A DNA stretch of 64,000 bases from Octopus sinensis. Taxonomy: Eukaryota. The position numbers and the translations under genes are program-made. Where the stretch lies: contig NW_021832227.1 of assembly GCF_006345805.1 (NCBI RefSeq), forward strand, positions 1-64,000, read 5' to 3'. The notes beneath the pieces were generated by a model. It did no database searches, was not told the origin of the DNA, and saw only the letters and a list, made by a program, of their open reading frames with translations. Shown piece by piece: positions 61,860 through 64,000 of the stretch (the stretch's first letter is position 1; every line of letters begins with the position of its first letter).

Positions 61860-62740
61860 TAGAGCAGGAATTTTGCGGGTCATTAATTTAAAGAAAAACC
61901 GTATGGCCACTATCGTAGAATTCTTATTTCGAAAATACAATGCTGAAAATGTAAATGAATTGACAATATCGAACCTGATCTAATTTCTGAAGAATACTGC
62001 AGTTGATGTTAATGGATGTTTAATTTACGAAAACAATCCCCTCTGGACTTAATTAAGCCTGTGTCTGCTGCAAGACCGAAACTTGTTTTTCAATAACAGA
62101 GAAAATAAATGCAGCTACTTTAATTCATCCAAAAAGACTGTCGACCACCTTGCATTATTGACCTCCCCTATCTCAGACGCTATAAAGAAGTGGTCAAATC
62201 CTTGCATCTGCATCTATGTCGCCAATATGGAATTCAAAAGTTGAAAAAATTAAAAATACATTTAGTCCAATCTGTTACCACAAACAAATTTGTGGAAATT
62301 TGAGCTGGCACAAATTTTCCGACGGATAATGCTATCCTAAATAACATGTTTGACATATTTGTTCACGGCAAATCGAGCAACACAATTAAATTTATCAAGG
62401 TGGAGATCACTTCACAAAATTGTCTCAAGCAGGTCGAAGTCGAGAAGCTCCACAAATACGACTGACAAATGAACTGGGAGCGATCCATTGGACGAAAATG
62501 AAGATTGTCCCTGTCATTATGACATGAGCCGGATTCTTGTCAAAATTCTTCAAGAACCATCTGGAGGTATTTGGACTGGAGGACACGATGAAAGCATATA
62601 TCCAGAAACTGGTGTTAGGGGAGACCGTTGAGAATACGCAAACCAAGACAAAGCACAAGTTATTGATGCCTGCTGAGGAAGTAGCCCCTGAATTTACACT
62701 GCGCGTTGACATGGATCTCGTACACAAAACATGGGCCTAA
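61860..62740 (+). mobile_element. R4-like RLE retrotransposon 3' remnant
   Basis: KTVDHLA...LHLHLCRQYG, DIFVH...VEITSQ...KQVEVEKLHKYD and KAYIQKLVL. Confidence 0.68.
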
Positions 62741-62769
62741 GAGATACCAAAAATTACGAAAACTGAAGC

Positions 62770-63180
62770 TAAATAACTATTAAAATTGGTATTCTTTACA
62801 TATTAAATTATGTTTTATTAACAAAATCTTTATTGAAGCGATTTTTCCTTCGATTTCTTTGATGACAGAAGTTGTTAGAGGGCCAGTTACTCCAGATGTC
62901 TTCACAGCGATAGGAATAAAGTGGTACCGTTGTCCAAGATTTTCATATTTGGCAATTTTTCTTTGTTCTGTAGTATCTGCTGGAGAACCTGGTGAAACAG
63001 CTAAAGAGGCCATGTTTCTTTGGGAATGGTGTCAATACAGGTTAATTCCCGAGCCAATGATTTCCCGCAGGAGTAAAGAAAGGTGGCCAAATTCTCACAT
63101 GAAATTTTAGGGGTTTGTGTTCGCATGCATTACGACAGGTCTTTTCCATGTTATATCCTACAGATATTAGTAAATTGAGT
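62770..63180 (-). mobile_element. CRE RLE fragment
   Basis: AKYENLGQRYHFIPIAVKTSGVTGP. Confidence 0.75.
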
Positions 63181-63379
63181 TTTTTAATGTTTGCTGTAAG
63201 ATTATCTTTTATTAAATGATCTCAAATTTTACCCCATTATCTTACTGGAAAAAGCTTCCAAAGAAATAAAGAAACTGAAAACTGAACGCTATTCAGGATT
63301 ATATAGCCCTGTAAACATACATGAAATTATTTTCTATTTTTATAATATGTCACCTCTCATAAATGGGATCAGGTCACAC

Positions 63380-64000
63380 ATTGTTGTTGTTGCATAAACC
63401 CAGTTATAGATCAGAGTATAAGAACAGCAAAAATGACCTTAGGGGAAGGAGCAGCAAGTTTTTTGAGGATAAGGAGAAAACCAGGATATCGGAAAAGATG
63501 ATCGGTTGAGCGGTCGTCAAAACAGCAGAAGGCAGAAAGGAGAGATCGAGTTTTTCATTCTGTGAGCGTAGAAATTTAATGAGTAGTGATGACCCGATCT
63601 GAAACGTGCGAGGTAGATCTGACCGGAACGCTCCAGAAGCATTTCGTAGGGATCCCGGGTGTATTTAGCAAGGATCCGAGAGTATTATTTGGCAGGATTA
63701 TTCTTCAGTGCACGGTAATTGTCTTTTAATATGTCGCGAGCGCTCAAGCGACCGAACGCAGCGAGCGACATAATATGTTTAGAGCAGTACAAGGATTTAC
63801 GCAAAGCAAATAGGAATTCTATTCTCCTCATATTTTGATGTTCTTCAATCTGGAGAAGATTGGTTTCACAGTTCAGGTGGTCGATGGGTGTGATTTCAGA
63901 CACCTGGATATAATGCGCATAGCCTTGTTTTGTACTGATTGGAGTCCCACAGTGAAGCTTGTAGATAAACAGGGAGCCCAGCTTGGACTTGCGTAAATTA
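63380..64000 (-). mobile_element. APE-type LINE post-RT region (runs off the window)
   Basis: YASPSWAP...LQSVQNKAMRII...TPIDHL, and LARFRSGHH...SPFC. Confidence 0.72.

Overview
AT-rich eukaryotic (metazoan) genomic DNA, not prokaryotic. The many short broken ORFs are explained by ultra-short GT-AG spliceosomal introns of 18-31 nt (mostly 24-28 nt). That size range fits a highly reduced animal such as a dicyemid mesozoan; this is inference, not an identification. After manual splicing the host genes are Elongin B, PCMTD1-like, an intronless casein kinase 1, a minimal G-patch protein, NDUFB2, an adhesion GPCR and a ZMYM2/3/4 (WOC-like) gene with 10 micro-introns. They sit among nested transposons: hAT (Buster-type and CGGBP1-like), Merlin, Ginger-like, pogo/Tigger, CRE-clade and R4-like RLE retrotransposons, APE-type LINEs and a tRNA-derived SINE. 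Positions 1-7771 recur as a near-identical direct copy at about 47513-55311. The most notable observations are (1) host-type micro-introns inside transposases of three DNA-transposon superfamilies, including a near-intact hAT, (2) a SINE central domain shared by different tails and fused to a LINE, (3) about 10 divergent CRE 3' ends, (4) a TTAGGG/Helitron-like module inside a Ginger element, and (5) an unexplained structured GC-rich island. All calls come from manual reading; no searches were run.
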